DNA of 63,216 bases from an uncultured Methanobrevibacter sp. (GTDB taxonomy: Archaea > Methanobacteriota > Methanobacteria > Methanobacteriales > Methanobacteriaceae), in the NCBI RefSeq assembly GCF_902771225.1, contig NZ_CACXWH010000001.1. One strand, 5' to 3'. This document shows, in pieces, positions 18,816 to 28,909 of this stretch. The notes below the pieces were generated by a model. The model was not told where the DNA came from, searched no databases, and saw only the letters and a program-made list of their open reading frames with translations. Every line of letters starts with the position of its first letter. The stretch's first letter is position 1. Position numbers and translations under genes: made by a program.

Positions 18816-18943
18816 TTTTTCCACCTGTAATGATAGTATATTTTGAAAAGTGTGTAATATGGTTTTGATATATTTTCAAATAATAATATTTAAATACTAT
18901 TTTGTACTTTATCAATATTAAAGTTATTCAAAATTTATTAAAA

Positions 18944-18986
18944 AGTATTACTATATTGACATATTTTTTATATAGTAAGTATTACT
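18944..18986. promoter_or_regulatory. Paired AGTATTACT palindromes in the divergent nikD2/GNAT promoter
   Basis: Exact copies at 18944-18952 and 18978-18986; also TTACTATAT-N13-ATATAGTAA inverted repeat 18948-18978. Confidence 0.55.
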
Positions 18987-19004
18987 TTTTTAAGTGGTGT
19001 CCAA

Positions 19005-19565
19005 ATGAAAGTTATCATAAAAAAACTTATAAATGATTCAGAAATGATTTCTAATGTTCAAAATTTTTTATTCAATCAAATAAAAAAAGAATTTGGCTAT
19101 GATTATGTTCCTGAATGGCATCAGGATATTGTAAACATGGAAAAATACTATATTAATCCCAAAAGAAATAATTTTTTCATTGCTTATAATGAAAATTGTG
19201 AAATCATTGCAACTATTGGTATAAGAGCTTATGATAAGAATTTTCCTCAATTTAGGGGACAATTTTCAAATGATAGTACTTCCAGTATATGGAGATTATT
19301 TGTTGATGAAAAATACAGGCGTTGTGGTTTGGCTTCTAAGATGTTTAGTGTCGCTGAAAGTTTTGCAAATGAATTCGATTATGAAGATATTTATTTGCAT
19401 ACTCATAAAACATTACCTGGGGCTATTAAATTCTGGACTAAAATGGGCTTCATTATTATATTGGATTCCAATGATGAATTAGAAACAGTTCATATGGATA
19501 AAAAAATCAGAGGTTTAGAAATCAATACGCCTCATTCTATCTTCAAATATGCGGTTATGTTATAA
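19005..19565 (+). CDS. GNAT family N-acetyltransferase 1
   Basis: IWRLFVDEKYRRCGLAS acetyl-CoA motif A; IYLHT...AIKFWTKMGF. Confidence 0.9.
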   Translation: MKVIIKKLINDSEMISNVQNFLFNQIKKEFGYDYVPEWHQDIVNMEKYYINPKRNNFFIAYNENCEIIATIGIRAYDKNFPQFRGQFSNDSTSSIWRLFVDEKYRRCGLASKMFSVAESFANEFDYEDIYLHTHKTLPGAIKFWTKMGFIIILDSNDELETVHMDKKIRGLEINTPHSIFKYAVML

Positions 19566-20252
19566 TCTTTTAATATATTTCTGTGTGTGTGGGCAGGCAT
19601 AAATGCATTTTCCACATACTGTATCTTCTTTTCCTAGGTTTTCGTATGATATTTTAAGCGCATATTTTTCACATTTTTTATCGTCGTAAAACTCATTTCT
19701 TTTTAGTTTATAATTCCATTCTTTTCCACTTATTGCACCACCAGGACAGGCATCCATACATTCCATGCATTTTCCGCATTTTGATTTAAGTATGGGATTT
19801 CCAATATTTAGAGGAGCATTTGTTAAAACAGAAGATATTCTTAAAGCAGATCCAAAGTTGCTTGTTGTAAATAATGCAGATTTACCAATCCAACCCAACC
19901 CTGCACGTGTTGCTAGTGTTTTATGAGGTAATTCAAAAGAGTTATTTTCTCCAAAATCAGTGCCTAATCTCTTTTTTGTTTGTGCATATGCATCATATCC
20001 ATTATCTATTAAAAATTCTTCACATTCCATTCCTAATTTATCTAATCTCGTATTTATGCTCACTAATTCATTAACATATTCTTGTGTAGGGGCATTTTGC
20101 ATATTTTCAATGATTTTTTTTGGATAGGTGATGTAGAAGACCACTCCCTTATCCAATTCTTTTTTTGGACTGCAATCCTTAATGTCTGCATATCCTACTT
20201 CAGTTGCACCATTTTTTAGTAAGAATGTTTTCAATTTTTGGGATAATGACAT
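19560..20252 (-). CDS. QueG/reductive dehalogenase-like 4Fe-4S protein
   Basis: LPHKTLATRAGLGWIGKS, CGKCMECMDACPGGAI, CGKCIYACP. Confidence 0.85.
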   Translation of the reverse strand: MSLSQKLKTFLLKNGATEVGYADIKDCSPKKELDKGVVFYITYPKKIIENMQNAPTQEYVNELVSINTRLDKLGMECEEFLIDNGYDAYAQTKKRLGTDFGENNSFELPHKTLATRAGLGWIGKSALFTTSNFGSALRISSVLTNAPLNIGNPILKSKCGKCMECMDACPGGAISGKEWNYKLKRNEFYDDKKCEKYALKISYENLGKEDTVCGKCIYACPHTQKYIKRL

Positions 20253-20505
20253 AATTGTATTATTCTTTTTAGTTTTATATTAAATTAGTTATTACTTTTT
20301 TATTTTTTTTAAGTTAATAAACAAATAATCAATTGTTATTATTTTTAATTACTTTAATCATTACTTTTTTTAATATTTTTTTTATTTTGTATACTTTTAG
20401 AAGTCTTATTTTTATTATTTTTGAGTTTGGCGAGTATAAATGGTAATAAATATATTTTTATATATTTGTCAATATAATATAATTAATATTAAAATAATGA
20501 TTTTT

Positions 20506-20546
20506 AGTATTACTTATTAATCATTTTTTGATGAAAAAGTATTACT
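20506..20546. promoter_or_regulatory. Paired AGTATTACT palindromes upstream of SBP 2
   Basis: Exact copies at 20506-20514 and 20538-20546. Confidence 0.55.
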
Positions 20547-20570
20547 TTATTTTAATATTGATATTTTTAT

Positions 20571-22190
20571 ATGGTGAGAAAATTGAACAAAAAACTTTTA
20601 ATTGGAGGAGTTGTGGTTCTTGTCGCAATTATTGGAGGGGCTTTCATGTTTATGGGTCATTCATATCATGATGATGACCCAACACATTTGGTTGTAGCTG
20701 CTCACAGTAATATTAAAGAACCTAAAGCCGGTTTTAACCCACTTACTGGATGGGGATGCGGACATCAAAACTACAATCCGTTAGTGCAATCTTGTTTATT
20801 TAAAACAGATGCAAATGGAACAATTGTTCCAGATATAGCTACTGATTATTCAATCAGTGATGATGGAAAGACATGGACAGTAAACTTAAGAAACGACATT
20901 AAATTCTCAGACAATTCAACTTTAGATGCTGAAGATGTGGCATTTACATTCAATACTGCAAAAGCAACAAAATCTGAATTGGATTTAACAAACATTGCTA
21001 ATGTAACTGCTGTAAATAGTACTTCTGTCAAATTTAATTTAGTTGAACCAAGGTCAACATTTATTTATGATTTAAGGTATGTTGGTATTGTTCCTTCTGA
21101 CACTTATAACAACAATACCTACGGTGAGCATCCAATTGGATCAGGTCCATATGTATTGGACCACTGGGATAAAGGTCAACAAGCAATCTTCAAAATAAAT
21201 GATAATTATTATGGTAAAAAACCTTACTTCACTCAAATTACTTTAGTTTTCCCTGAAGAAGCAACATGGTTAGAATTAGCTAAATCTAATGATTTTGATG
21301 TAGTGCCTGTTGCAACTTCTGCTTTAAATCAATCTGTTGATGGATATCAATTTGTTGAAAAATCTGCAGGAAGAGCACAAGGTGTATCCTTACCATATCT
21401 TCCGGATAACGGAACTGTATATAATGGTACTTATAAAATTGGTAATAATGTAACTGCTGATAAATCTATTCGTGAAGCGTTAAATGTTGGTATTGACCGT
21501 AATAAAATGGTAGATTCTGTATTTTCAGGACATGCTAAACCGGAATATACTGGTGTTGACACAAGAGACTATGCAAATAATGCAAGTAAAGTTAATGATA
21601 GTAATGTGGAACAGGCAAAACAAATATTGGCTCAAGGTGGTTGGAGAGATACTAACGGTGATGGAATTGTAGAGAAGAATGGTACTAAAGCATCATTTGA
21701 CTTATACTATCCACCAGATTATCTTGATAGACAATCTTTATCCACTGTATTTGCTGAGCAAGCAAAACAAATAGGAATTGAAGTTAACCTTAAAGGTGCT
21801 GATTGGGATACAATTTATCAAAATATGTACAGTTCAGCTGCTTTAATGCAACAAACTTCTCCTGATCCTTATAAATCTGTCTATCAACAATACCACAGTA
21901 AAGAGGTTGATGGTTTCTATATGAATCCTAATTTATATAATAATAGTGCGTCAGATGCTTTAATGGAACAAGCTATGCATAGTAATGACTTCAATCAAGC
22001 TAATAATTACTGGTCTCAATCTGCACTTGTAAATGGTGGAGGATGGGGTCCTGCTGGTGATGCTCCATGGGTATGGTTAGCAAACTATGACTACAACTAT
22101 TTCATTAAAGATGGAGTTAACATAGGAAACCAACCTGATGGTTTAGGAAATGATATCTTAATTAACGTTTGTGAATGGACAAGGGCTTAA
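20571..22190 (+). CDS. Family-5 substrate-binding protein (NikA/DppA-like), system 2
   Basis: Paralog of 14015-15631; N-terminal anchor, PIGSGPY. Confidence 0.92.
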   Translation: MVRKLNKKLLIGGVVVLVAIIGGAFMFMGHSYHDDDPTHLVVAAHSNIKEPKAGFNPLTGWGCGHQNYNPLVQSCLFKTDANGTIVPDIATDYSISDDGKTWTVNLRNDIKFSDNSTLDAEDVAFTFNTAKATKSELDLTNIANVTAVNSTSVKFNLVEPRSTFIYDLRYVGIVPSDTYNNNTYGEHPIGSGPYVLDHWDKGQQAIFKINDNYYGKKPYFTQITLVFPEEATWLELAKSNDFDVVPVATSALNQSVDGYQFVEKSAGRAQGVSLPYLPDNGTVYNGTYKIGNNVTADKSIREALNVGIDRNKMVDSVFSGHAKPEYTGVDTRDYANNASKVNDSNVEQAKQILAQGGWRDTNGDGIVEKNGTKASFDLYYPPDYLDRQSLSTVFAEQAKQIGIEVNLKGADWDTIYQNMYSSAALMQQTSPDPYKSVYQQYHSKEVDGFYMNPNLYNNSASDALMEQAMHSNDFNQANNYWSQSALVNGGGWGPAGDAPWVWLANYDYNYFIKDGVNIGNQPDGLGNDILINVCEWTRA

Positions 22191-22245
22191 TTAGGTCCTT
22201 GCCTTTTTTTTATTTTTTTAAAAAAATTTTTAAAGGGGGTTCATT

Positions 22246-23235
22246 ATGAATAAAAAAAGTATTATAAAATTTTTTAGTTATAAATTTATCCGTTTTATAA
22301 TTTTAATGGTTGCTGTTGCAATTTTTAGTTTCATATTATTAGATTTATCCCCTATCAATCCAGTTTCTGTTTATTTAAAAGGTGCTGCTGTATCTGAAAG
22401 TCAACGTGCTATTCTTAATGAATACTTTGGTGTGGGAGTTCCGCTTCAAACTAAAATTTATCATTGGTTACTAAATTTGATTCAAGGAAACTTAGGAACT
22501 TCACTGATATATCGTGCTCCTGTGTTGGATGTAATTATTGATAAGTTTACTGCATCTCTTGCATTAATGTCTATATCTTGGTTATTAAGTGGTGTTATTG
22601 GATTTTTATTAGGTGTTGTTGCAGGTAAAAATAAAGGTTCTTGGATTGATAAAGCAGTTAAAACGTATTGTTATGCAATTCAATCTGCTCCATCTTTTTG
22701 GGTAGGAATGCTTATTTTAATGGTCTTTGCAGTTTATTTAAAATTATTCCCAATAGGATTTGGTGTTCCTATTGGTGTTAGAAGTACTGATGCTTCTTTT
22801 ATAGATTGGGCATCAAGACTTGTACTTCCTACATTAACATTAAGTTTAGTAGGTTTAGCACCAATTGCAATGTATACACGTAATGAATTGGTTCAAGTAT
22901 TGTCCTCGGATTATATTTTATTTGCTAAGTCTAGGGGTGAAAAAGGTTGGGATTTAGTAAAAAATCATGGAATTAGAAATATTTTACTTCCAGCTGTCAC
23001 ACTACAATTCTTATCATTTAGTGAGTTATTTGGTGGTGCTGTTTTAGTTGAACAAGTATTTTCATATCCTGGAATAGGTCAAACTGCTGTTACTGCAGGT
23101 CTTCAAAGTGATGTTCCTTTATTCTTAGGTATTGTTCTATTTAGTGCAGTATTTGTTTTCGTTGGTAATTTATTAGCTGATATTTCATATTATTTCATTG
23201 ATCCTAGAATTAAGGAGAGTGAGTTCAATGATTAG
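22246..23235 (+). CDS. Ni/peptide ABC permease (NikB-like), system 2
   Basis: PSFW, LVLPTLTL, VEQVFSYPGIG. Confidence 0.92.
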   Translation: MNKKSIIKFFSYKFIRFIILMVAVAIFSFILLDLSPINPVSVYLKGAAVSESQRAILNEYFGVGVPLQTKIYHWLLNLIQGNLGTSLIYRAPVLDVIIDKFTASLALMSISWLLSGVIGFLLGVVAGKNKGSWIDKAVKTYCYAIQSAPSFWVGMLILMVFAVYLKLFPIGFGVPIGVRSTDASFIDWASRLVLPTLTLSLVGLAPIAMYTRNELVQVLSSDYILFAKSRGEKGWDLVKNHGIRNILLPAVTLQFLSFSELFGGAVLVEQVFSYPGIGQTAVTAGLQSDVPLFLGIVLFSAVFVFVGNLLADISYYFIDPRIKESEFND

Positions 23236-24085
23236 AAAGAAATCCGCTAATGATAAAGAGCCTTGGTTTTTGTATAAAGCTAATCTCAGAACTAAAACTT
23301 TAGTAATTATTGGTATCTCCGTAATACTAATTGTCAGTATTTTAATTTCCAGTTTATTTATTGGTGATATTCCAACAAGTTTTGCTAGCGCTAATCAAAT
23401 GCCTTCTTTCCAACATCTTTTCGGAACAGATTGGATGGGAAGGGATATGTTTTTAAGAACTATTGCTGGTTTAGGCTTAAGTTTAACTGTTGGTATTGTA
23501 GCATCAGGAGTCAGTACTCTTATTTCCATAATATTGGGATTATTTTCCAGTTTCAATAGATTTGCTGATGAAGCTGTTGCAAGTATTATAGATTTATTTG
23601 GTTCAATACCCCATATTCTCTTAATTATTCTTATTTCAATAATGTTTGGTGGTGGAACGTTTGGTGTTATAATGGGTGTTGGTTTAACACATTGGACACC
23701 TCTTGCAAGAGTTCTTAGATCTGAAGTTAAAGAGATTAAAACTAAAGAATATGTTCATTTAGCTCAAAACTTAGGAAAATCAAAAGTATGGATTGCAACA
23801 AAACATATTTTACCATTAATTGTTTCTCAAATAATTGTGGGTGTTATTTTAATGTTTCCACATGCAATTATGCATGAAGCAGCAATAACATTTTTAGGAT
23901 TTGGTTTACCTCCTCACGAACCTGCAATTGGAGTAATTTTATCTGAATCAATGCAATATTTATCATCTGGATATTGGTGGTTAGCATTCTATCCTGGTGT
24001 ATCTTTGTTGATTGTTGTATTGTTATTTGATTTAATTGGTGAAAATGTTGAAAAATTATTAAATCCTGAAACTGCACAGAAATAA
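23228..24085 (+). CDS. Ni/peptide ABC permease (NikC-like), system 2
   Basis: HLFGTDWMGRD, FLGFGL; ATG 23228 overlaps the upstream stop. Confidence 0.92.
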   Translation: MIRKKSANDKEPWFLYKANLRTKTLVIIGISVILIVSILISSLFIGDIPTSFASANQMPSFQHLFGTDWMGRDMFLRTIAGLGLSLTVGIVASGVSTLISIILGLFSSFNRFADEAVASIIDLFGSIPHILLIILISIMFGGGTFGVIMGVGLTHWTPLARVLRSEVKEIKTKEYVHLAQNLGKSKVWIATKHILPLIVSQIIVGVILMFPHAIMHEAAITFLGFGLPPHEPAIGVILSESMQYLSSGYWWLAFYPGVSLLIVVLLFDLIGENVEKLLNPETAQK

Positions 24086-24134
24086 GAGAAATTTCATCAT
24101 TTCTCTTCAAATCTTTTTTTTTAAAAGTGATAGT

Positions 24135-24641
24135 ATGAATATTAAAATTACAGAAATCAATAATAATAATGATGAAATAACTACAGTTCAAGAATTTTTG
24201 TATAATCAAATTAAAAAGGAATATGGGATTGGTCCCACTCCTAAGTTTCATTATGATATTGATGGTTTAAAAGAATATTATCTTCTTCCTGAGCGTAATA
24301 ACTTTTTTATCGCATGGTATGGGGATAAAATTGTTGCAACTGCAGCCATTAGAGCTTATGATTTGGAGTATGATTTTTTCAAAGGCCAATATTCAAAGGA
24401 TACAACTGCAAGCATTTGGCGTTTGATGGTTGATAAAAATTATAGAAGATGTGGGATTGCCAGAAATCTTGTAGCCGAAATTGAAGATTTTGCATGCCGT
24501 AAATCTTATGATAAAATATATCTTCATACACACAGATATCTTGAAGCAGGTTTGCCATTCTGGAAATCTTTAGGTTATGTTGTAACCGTTGAAGAAGATG
24601 ATTATGATGAAACTATTCACATGATTAAAAGCTTAATTTAA
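24135..24641 (+). CDS. GNAT family N-acetyltransferase 2 (paralog of GNAT 1)
   Basis: NQIKKE, RNNFFIA, IRAYD, SIWRLMVDKNYRRCGIA, IYLHTH shared with 19005-19565. Confidence 0.9.
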   Translation: MNIKITEINNNNDEITTVQEFLYNQIKKEYGIGPTPKFHYDIDGLKEYYLLPERNNFFIAWYGDKIVATAAIRAYDLEYDFFKGQYSKDTTASIWRLMVDKNYRRCGIARNLVAEIEDFACRKSYDKIYLHTHRYLEAGLPFWKSLGYVVTVEEDDYDETIHMIKSLI

Positions 24642-24655
24642 GTTATTTTTTTCAA

Positions 24656-25054
24656 TCAAGCAAAGCCGTATGTTATAACATATCCGTTTTCATCTACAAT
24701 TGTAAAATAACCATCATCGTAGTGTATTTTTTCTCTTCCACCACCAATACTTTCACGATAAGTTTCGTGCTCTTTTGGATTCCATCCGTCTGATGTTACT
24801 TCACTTTCATGCCTTGGGGTATATCCTTTGTAGTTTGGATCATTTCTTGGCCGATTCGCATCTATGGAATTTTGATCAGTATTTTTTGAATCTGACGAAA
24901 TATGGGCCACTTCGGTGTTTAATGTTGTATTGTTTGCAGAAGGCATATTCTTTCCATCATTCCCGTTATTTAAAACAAAAACTTCCAAAATAACTCCGAC
25001 AGCCAATAGAATTGCAATAATTATAAGGATTATGATGATGTTTTTATTTTCCAT
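24656..25054 (-). CDS. Small membrane-anchored hypothetical protein
   Basis: N-terminal poly-Ile TM helix, Asn/Ser/Thr-rich linker, short polar C-terminal domain. Confidence 0.75.
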   Translation of the reverse strand: MENKNIIIILIIIAILLAVGVILEVFVLNNGNDGKNMPSANNTTLNTEVAHISSDSKNTDQNSIDANRPRNDPNYKGYTPRHESEVTSDGWNPKEHETYRESIGGGREKIHYDDGYFTIVDENGYVITYGFA

Positions 25055-25130
25055 AATAATATTTTATGCACATTTTATTAATATAATTTTTCTTAAAATT
25101 TATTTTATATTAATTAAAAACTTATCACTG

Positions 25131-25991
25131 ATGAAAAGAACAGCACTAAAAATTGGATATATCGGAACTAATTTCCATGGGTTTCAAAGACAACCTGATG
25201 TAAGAACGGTCGAAGAAGAATTAATATATCATTTACGAAAATTAGACTACATTGATGATTTAAAAAAGTCCAGATTCAGAATAGCTGGTCGGACTGATGC
25301 TGGAGTTCATAGTTTGGGTAATGTAATCAGTTTTCAGTCTGAAAAAGAAGTAAGAGTAAATGAAATTAATAACAGCCTTCCGGATGATATTCAAATTTTG
25401 GCCAGTGCTCCTGTTCGTTATGCATTTAAACCAAGATATGCTCAAATGAGGCAATATCGTTATTTATTATTCCAGGATTTGGATATTGATAAGTTAAATG
25501 AAGTTGCAGAAGTCTTTAAAGGAACCCATGACTTCACTAATTTTACAAAAAGATTCCAAAAGACAACTACAAGAACAATTGACGACATTAGAATCACAAA
25601 AGTGGGTCTGGATGATTATCACAAAAGGGAATTTCCTAACCTCCATGATACAATATCTCCGATTTTCATTGATATTTATGGGGAATCATTTTTATGGAAT
25701 ATGGTTCGTAAAATGATGAGGATTTTTGTTGATGTGGCTTTAGACAAAATGACATTAGATGATGTTAATGAATTACTGAATCCTCCCAAAGATTCTCCAA
25801 GAGCACATATTAAAGTAATGGAAGCAGAATATTTGATTTTAATGGATATTCAATATGATGGCATTAAATTCAGATATGATGATTATGCATGTAATCGTTT
25901 TAAAAGAAATTTAATAGATTCACTGGATAATCTGCAGAAAAAATATGCTATCCGTGAATCTATGATAAAAAGTTTAGATGACTTAATATAG
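25131..25991 (+). CDS. truA: tRNA pseudouridine(38-40) synthase
   Basis: YIGTNFHGFQRQP, AGRTDAGVHS, GTHDF, FLWNMVR; true start ATG 25131. Confidence 0.95.
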   Translation: MKRTALKIGYIGTNFHGFQRQPDVRTVEEELIYHLRKLDYIDDLKKSRFRIAGRTDAGVHSLGNVISFQSEKEVRVNEINNSLPDDIQILASAPVRYAFKPRYAQMRQYRYLLFQDLDIDKLNEVAEVFKGTHDFTNFTKRFQKTTTRTIDDIRITKVGLDDYHKREFPNLHDTISPIFIDIYGESFLWNMVRKMMRIFVDVALDKMTLDDVNELLNPPKDSPRAHIKVMEAEYLILMDIQYDGIKFRYDDYACNRFKRNLIDSLDNLQKKYAIRESMIKSLDDLI

Positions 25992-26143
25992 TTTTTTTTT
26001 TTAAAAAATTTATTATCTTTTAATGTAAATGTTATATTAAAATTTAAGGATAATCTCTTTTTTTTTAATCGGTTAGCAAATATTTTTTAATGGAAACTTT
26101 CATATATATTAATTGGGTTTTTTATATTATGGGTTGATTTAAT

Positions 26144-27505
26144 ATGAGTAATAAGAATGTTGAATTAATGAGGGGAGAGCCTGAAATAGCTGTAAGGAAG
26201 TTAGCCATTCCAATTATGATTTCAATGCTTTTAACAGCATCTTATAATATTGTTGATGGAATTTGGGTTGCGGGATTAGGTCAGGCAGCTATTGCAGGAA
26301 TAGGTTTTGTAACGCCGATTTTCATGATTTTAAATGGTGTAAGTGTTGGTCTGGGAAATGGTGCTACAAGCAGCATTAGTCGTGCTGTCGGTGCAAAAGA
26401 TCATGAACGAGCTAATAAATCGGCTACCCATGCTCTTTTAATATTTGTATTGGCTTCATTATTGTTGACTGTTGTTTTACTTTTTATTCAAGAGCCGTTG
26501 ATTAAAACTTATGGTGCATCAGGCCAGTCTTTGGCTGAGGGACTTAAATATGGAACTCCCTTATTTTTAGGTTTATTTGGATTCATGCTGGCTAATGGTG
26601 GAAGTGGTATTCTTCGTGGTGAAGGGGACATGACAAGAGCCATGTATGCAATGATTGTTTCTGTTGTTCTTAATTTTATTTTGGACCCTATTTTCATATA
26701 CATATTAAATTTGGGTTCAGCAGGTGCTTCTCTTGCAACAATTATAAGCTCATTAGGTTCAGCTACAGTTATAATGTATTGGATTTTGATAAAAAAGGAT
26801 ACTTATGTTCATGTTACTTTTAAAGACTTTGAATTTGACTCAAAAATATTCATTGATATTTTAAAAGTAGGTATTCCTGCTTCTCTGGATATGTTTGTGA
26901 TGTCACTTGCAATGAGCATATATTTAATATTCATTTCTTCAATTGCCGGCGAATACGGTATTGCAGCATTCACGTCTGGTCAAAGATTATATTTATTTGC
27001 CATAATGCCTCTTACTGCTATAGGCAGTGCTGTTGCAGCTGTTAGCGGAAGTGCATATGGTGCAAGAAATGCGGATTATCTTTCAAGAGCCCATTATTAT
27101 GGTACAAATTTTGCAATGGTCTTTGGACTGGTGATGGTGTTTATTTTAGTTGTATTTGCGCCTCAATTGTCATTAATTTTTGCTTACACTCCTGAAACTG
27201 CTAATTTGGTGCCCGAAATTACTAATTTTTTAAGGATTGCTTCTTTTGGTTTGCTTTTGGTTGGAATAGGGATGCCTTCCAGTTTCATGTATCAGGGAAT
27301 TGGCCGAGGAACAACCAGTTTGGCATGGACAATCATAAGGGAAGTAATATTTACGGTTAGTTTTACTTATTTATTTGGTATTATTTTAAACTGGGGTTTA
27401 ATAGGTATTTGGACAGGTCTTGCTGTAGGTCGGATGCTTGCATCAATTTTAAACTTCATTTATGCCAGATACACTATTAGTGTAATAAGAAAAGAGTTTC
27501 AATAA
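26144..27505 (+). CDS. MATE family efflux transporter
   Basis: YNIVDGIWV, RGEGDM, NFILDPIFI. Confidence 0.93.
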   Translation: MSNKNVELMRGEPEIAVRKLAIPIMISMLLTASYNIVDGIWVAGLGQAAIAGIGFVTPIFMILNGVSVGLGNGATSSISRAVGAKDHERANKSATHALLIFVLASLLLTVVLLFIQEPLIKTYGASGQSLAEGLKYGTPLFLGLFGFMLANGGSGILRGEGDMTRAMYAMIVSVVLNFILDPIFIYILNLGSAGASLATIISSLGSATVIMYWILIKKDTYVHVTFKDFEFDSKIFIDILKVGIPASLDMFVMSLAMSIYLIFISSIAGEYGIAAFTSGQRLYLFAIMPLTAIGSAVAAVSGSAYGARNADYLSRAHYYGTNFAMVFGLVMVFILVVFAPQLSLIFAYTPETANLVPEITNFLRIASFGLLLVGIGMPSSFMYQGIGRGTTSLAWTIIREVIFTVSFTYLFGIILNWGLIGIWTGLAVGRMLASILNFIYARYTISVIRKEFQ

Positions 27506-27586
27506 GTTACTTATTTAAATTTAAACGGAACTTTGGATAAAAATTTTTATTAATTTAGTAAATTAAATATACTAATAAGTGATATT

Positions 27587-28909
27587 ATGAAGATTGCTGT
27601 TGTACTTGGAACAAGGCCTGAAATTATTAAAATGGCCCCAATTATTGATGAAATCATTAAAAGAGGTATTGATTTAACTATTCTTCATACTGGCCAACAT
27701 TATGATGAAGAAATGTCAGATAATTTCTTTAGAGACCTTGAAATTCCTGCTCCGGATTATAATATTCATGTGGGTTCCGGTTCTCATGCAAAACAAACGG
27801 CTTTAATGATGGAGGGTATTGAAGGAGTTTTTATGGATGAAAAACCAGATATTGTTTTAGTTCAAGGTGATACTAATGCAGTTCTTGCGGGTTCATTAGT
27901 GGCTTCTAAATTACACATTGCCATTGGTCATGTTGAATCAGGTCTTAGGTCATTTGACATGACAATGCCTGAGGAAGTAAATCGTAGAGTATGTGATGTA
28001 ACATCTACAATGTATTTTATTCCAACAGAACAGTCAGCCATTAATCTTTTAGCTGAGGGATATTCAAGAACAAATTTATTTATAACTGGAAATACTGTTG
28101 TTGATGCTTGTTTCAGGCATTTGGAAATAGCTAAAAAACGTGGTTTTGATGAAGAATCTCTTGCTAGTTTAGATATCGATAATATGGATAAAATTTTAAC
28201 TTTAACAATGCATCGGGCAGAAAATGTGGATATTAAATCAAGAGTTATCAATATTATTGATGCTATAAAAGAGTTAAATGATATGAATGTCATATTTCCA
28301 ATTCATCCAAGAACTAAAAAGACTTTACAGGATTTTGGTCTTTTTGATGAGTTAAATAATTTAAAGCATGTTCATATTATTAAGCCATTGGGATACTTGG
28401 ACTTTTTGCAGTTAACATCAAAATCAACTTTAATATTAACAGATTCTGGTGGTCTTCAAGAAGAAGCAATAACACTTAATGTTCCGGCTTTAACATTAAG
28501 ATATAATACAGAACGGCCTGAAACAGTAACTGCTGGTGGAAATATCCTTGTTGGATCAGATAAAGATGTAATTTTGGAAAATGCGAATAAAATATTAAAT
28601 GATAAAGAATTTGCAGAAAAAATGAAAAATGCTCCAAATCCATATGGTCAAGGAAATTCGGCAAAATTAACTGTTGATGCAATTCAAAATTATTTTGATG
28701 AAGGATTGTTGGATATTAAGGCTCCGGAAGATATCATGTCTTCATTTGAAAGAAAAATGGCTTTAATCGATGAAAATGTTTCTGTTAAGGAATTTGAAGA
28801 TAAAAATAATGCTTCAATTCATATGATTTTTGATGGAGAAAAAATGCGTTTTCCAGCTGATGATTTAAAATTAAAAGGAATGTGTGTTACTTATGACGAA
28901 TACAAATGA
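27587..28909 (+). CDS. wecB: UDP-N-acetylglucosamine 2-epimerase (non-hydrolysing)
   Basis: [45 protein letters not shown]. Confidence 0.95.
   Translation: MKIAVVLGTRPEIIKMAPIIDEIIKRGIDLTILHTGQHYDEEMSDNFFRDLEIPAPDYNIHVGSGSHAKQTALMMEGIEGVFMDEKPDIVLVQGDTNAVLAGSLVASKLHIAIGHVESGLRSFDMTMPEEVNRRVCDVTSTMYFIPTEQSAINLLAEGYSRTNLFITGNTVVDACFRHLEIAKKRGFDEESLASLDIDNMDKILTLTMHRAENVDIKSRVINIIDAIKELNDMNVIFPIHPRTKKTLQDFGLFDELNNLKHVHIIKPLGYLDFLQLTSKSTLILTDSGGLQEEAITLNVPALTLRYNTERPETVTAGGNILVGSDKDVILENANKILNDKEFAEKMKNAPNPYGQGNSAKLTVDAIQNYFDEGLLDIKAPEDIMSSFERKMALIDENVSVKEFEDKNNASIHMIFDGEKMRFPADDLKLKGMCVTYDEYK

Noticed and set aside
24915-25130. 72-aa N-terminal extension of TruA
   Set aside because: Overlaps the opposite-strand gene and AT-rich intergenic DNA; TruA homology starts at ATG 25131.
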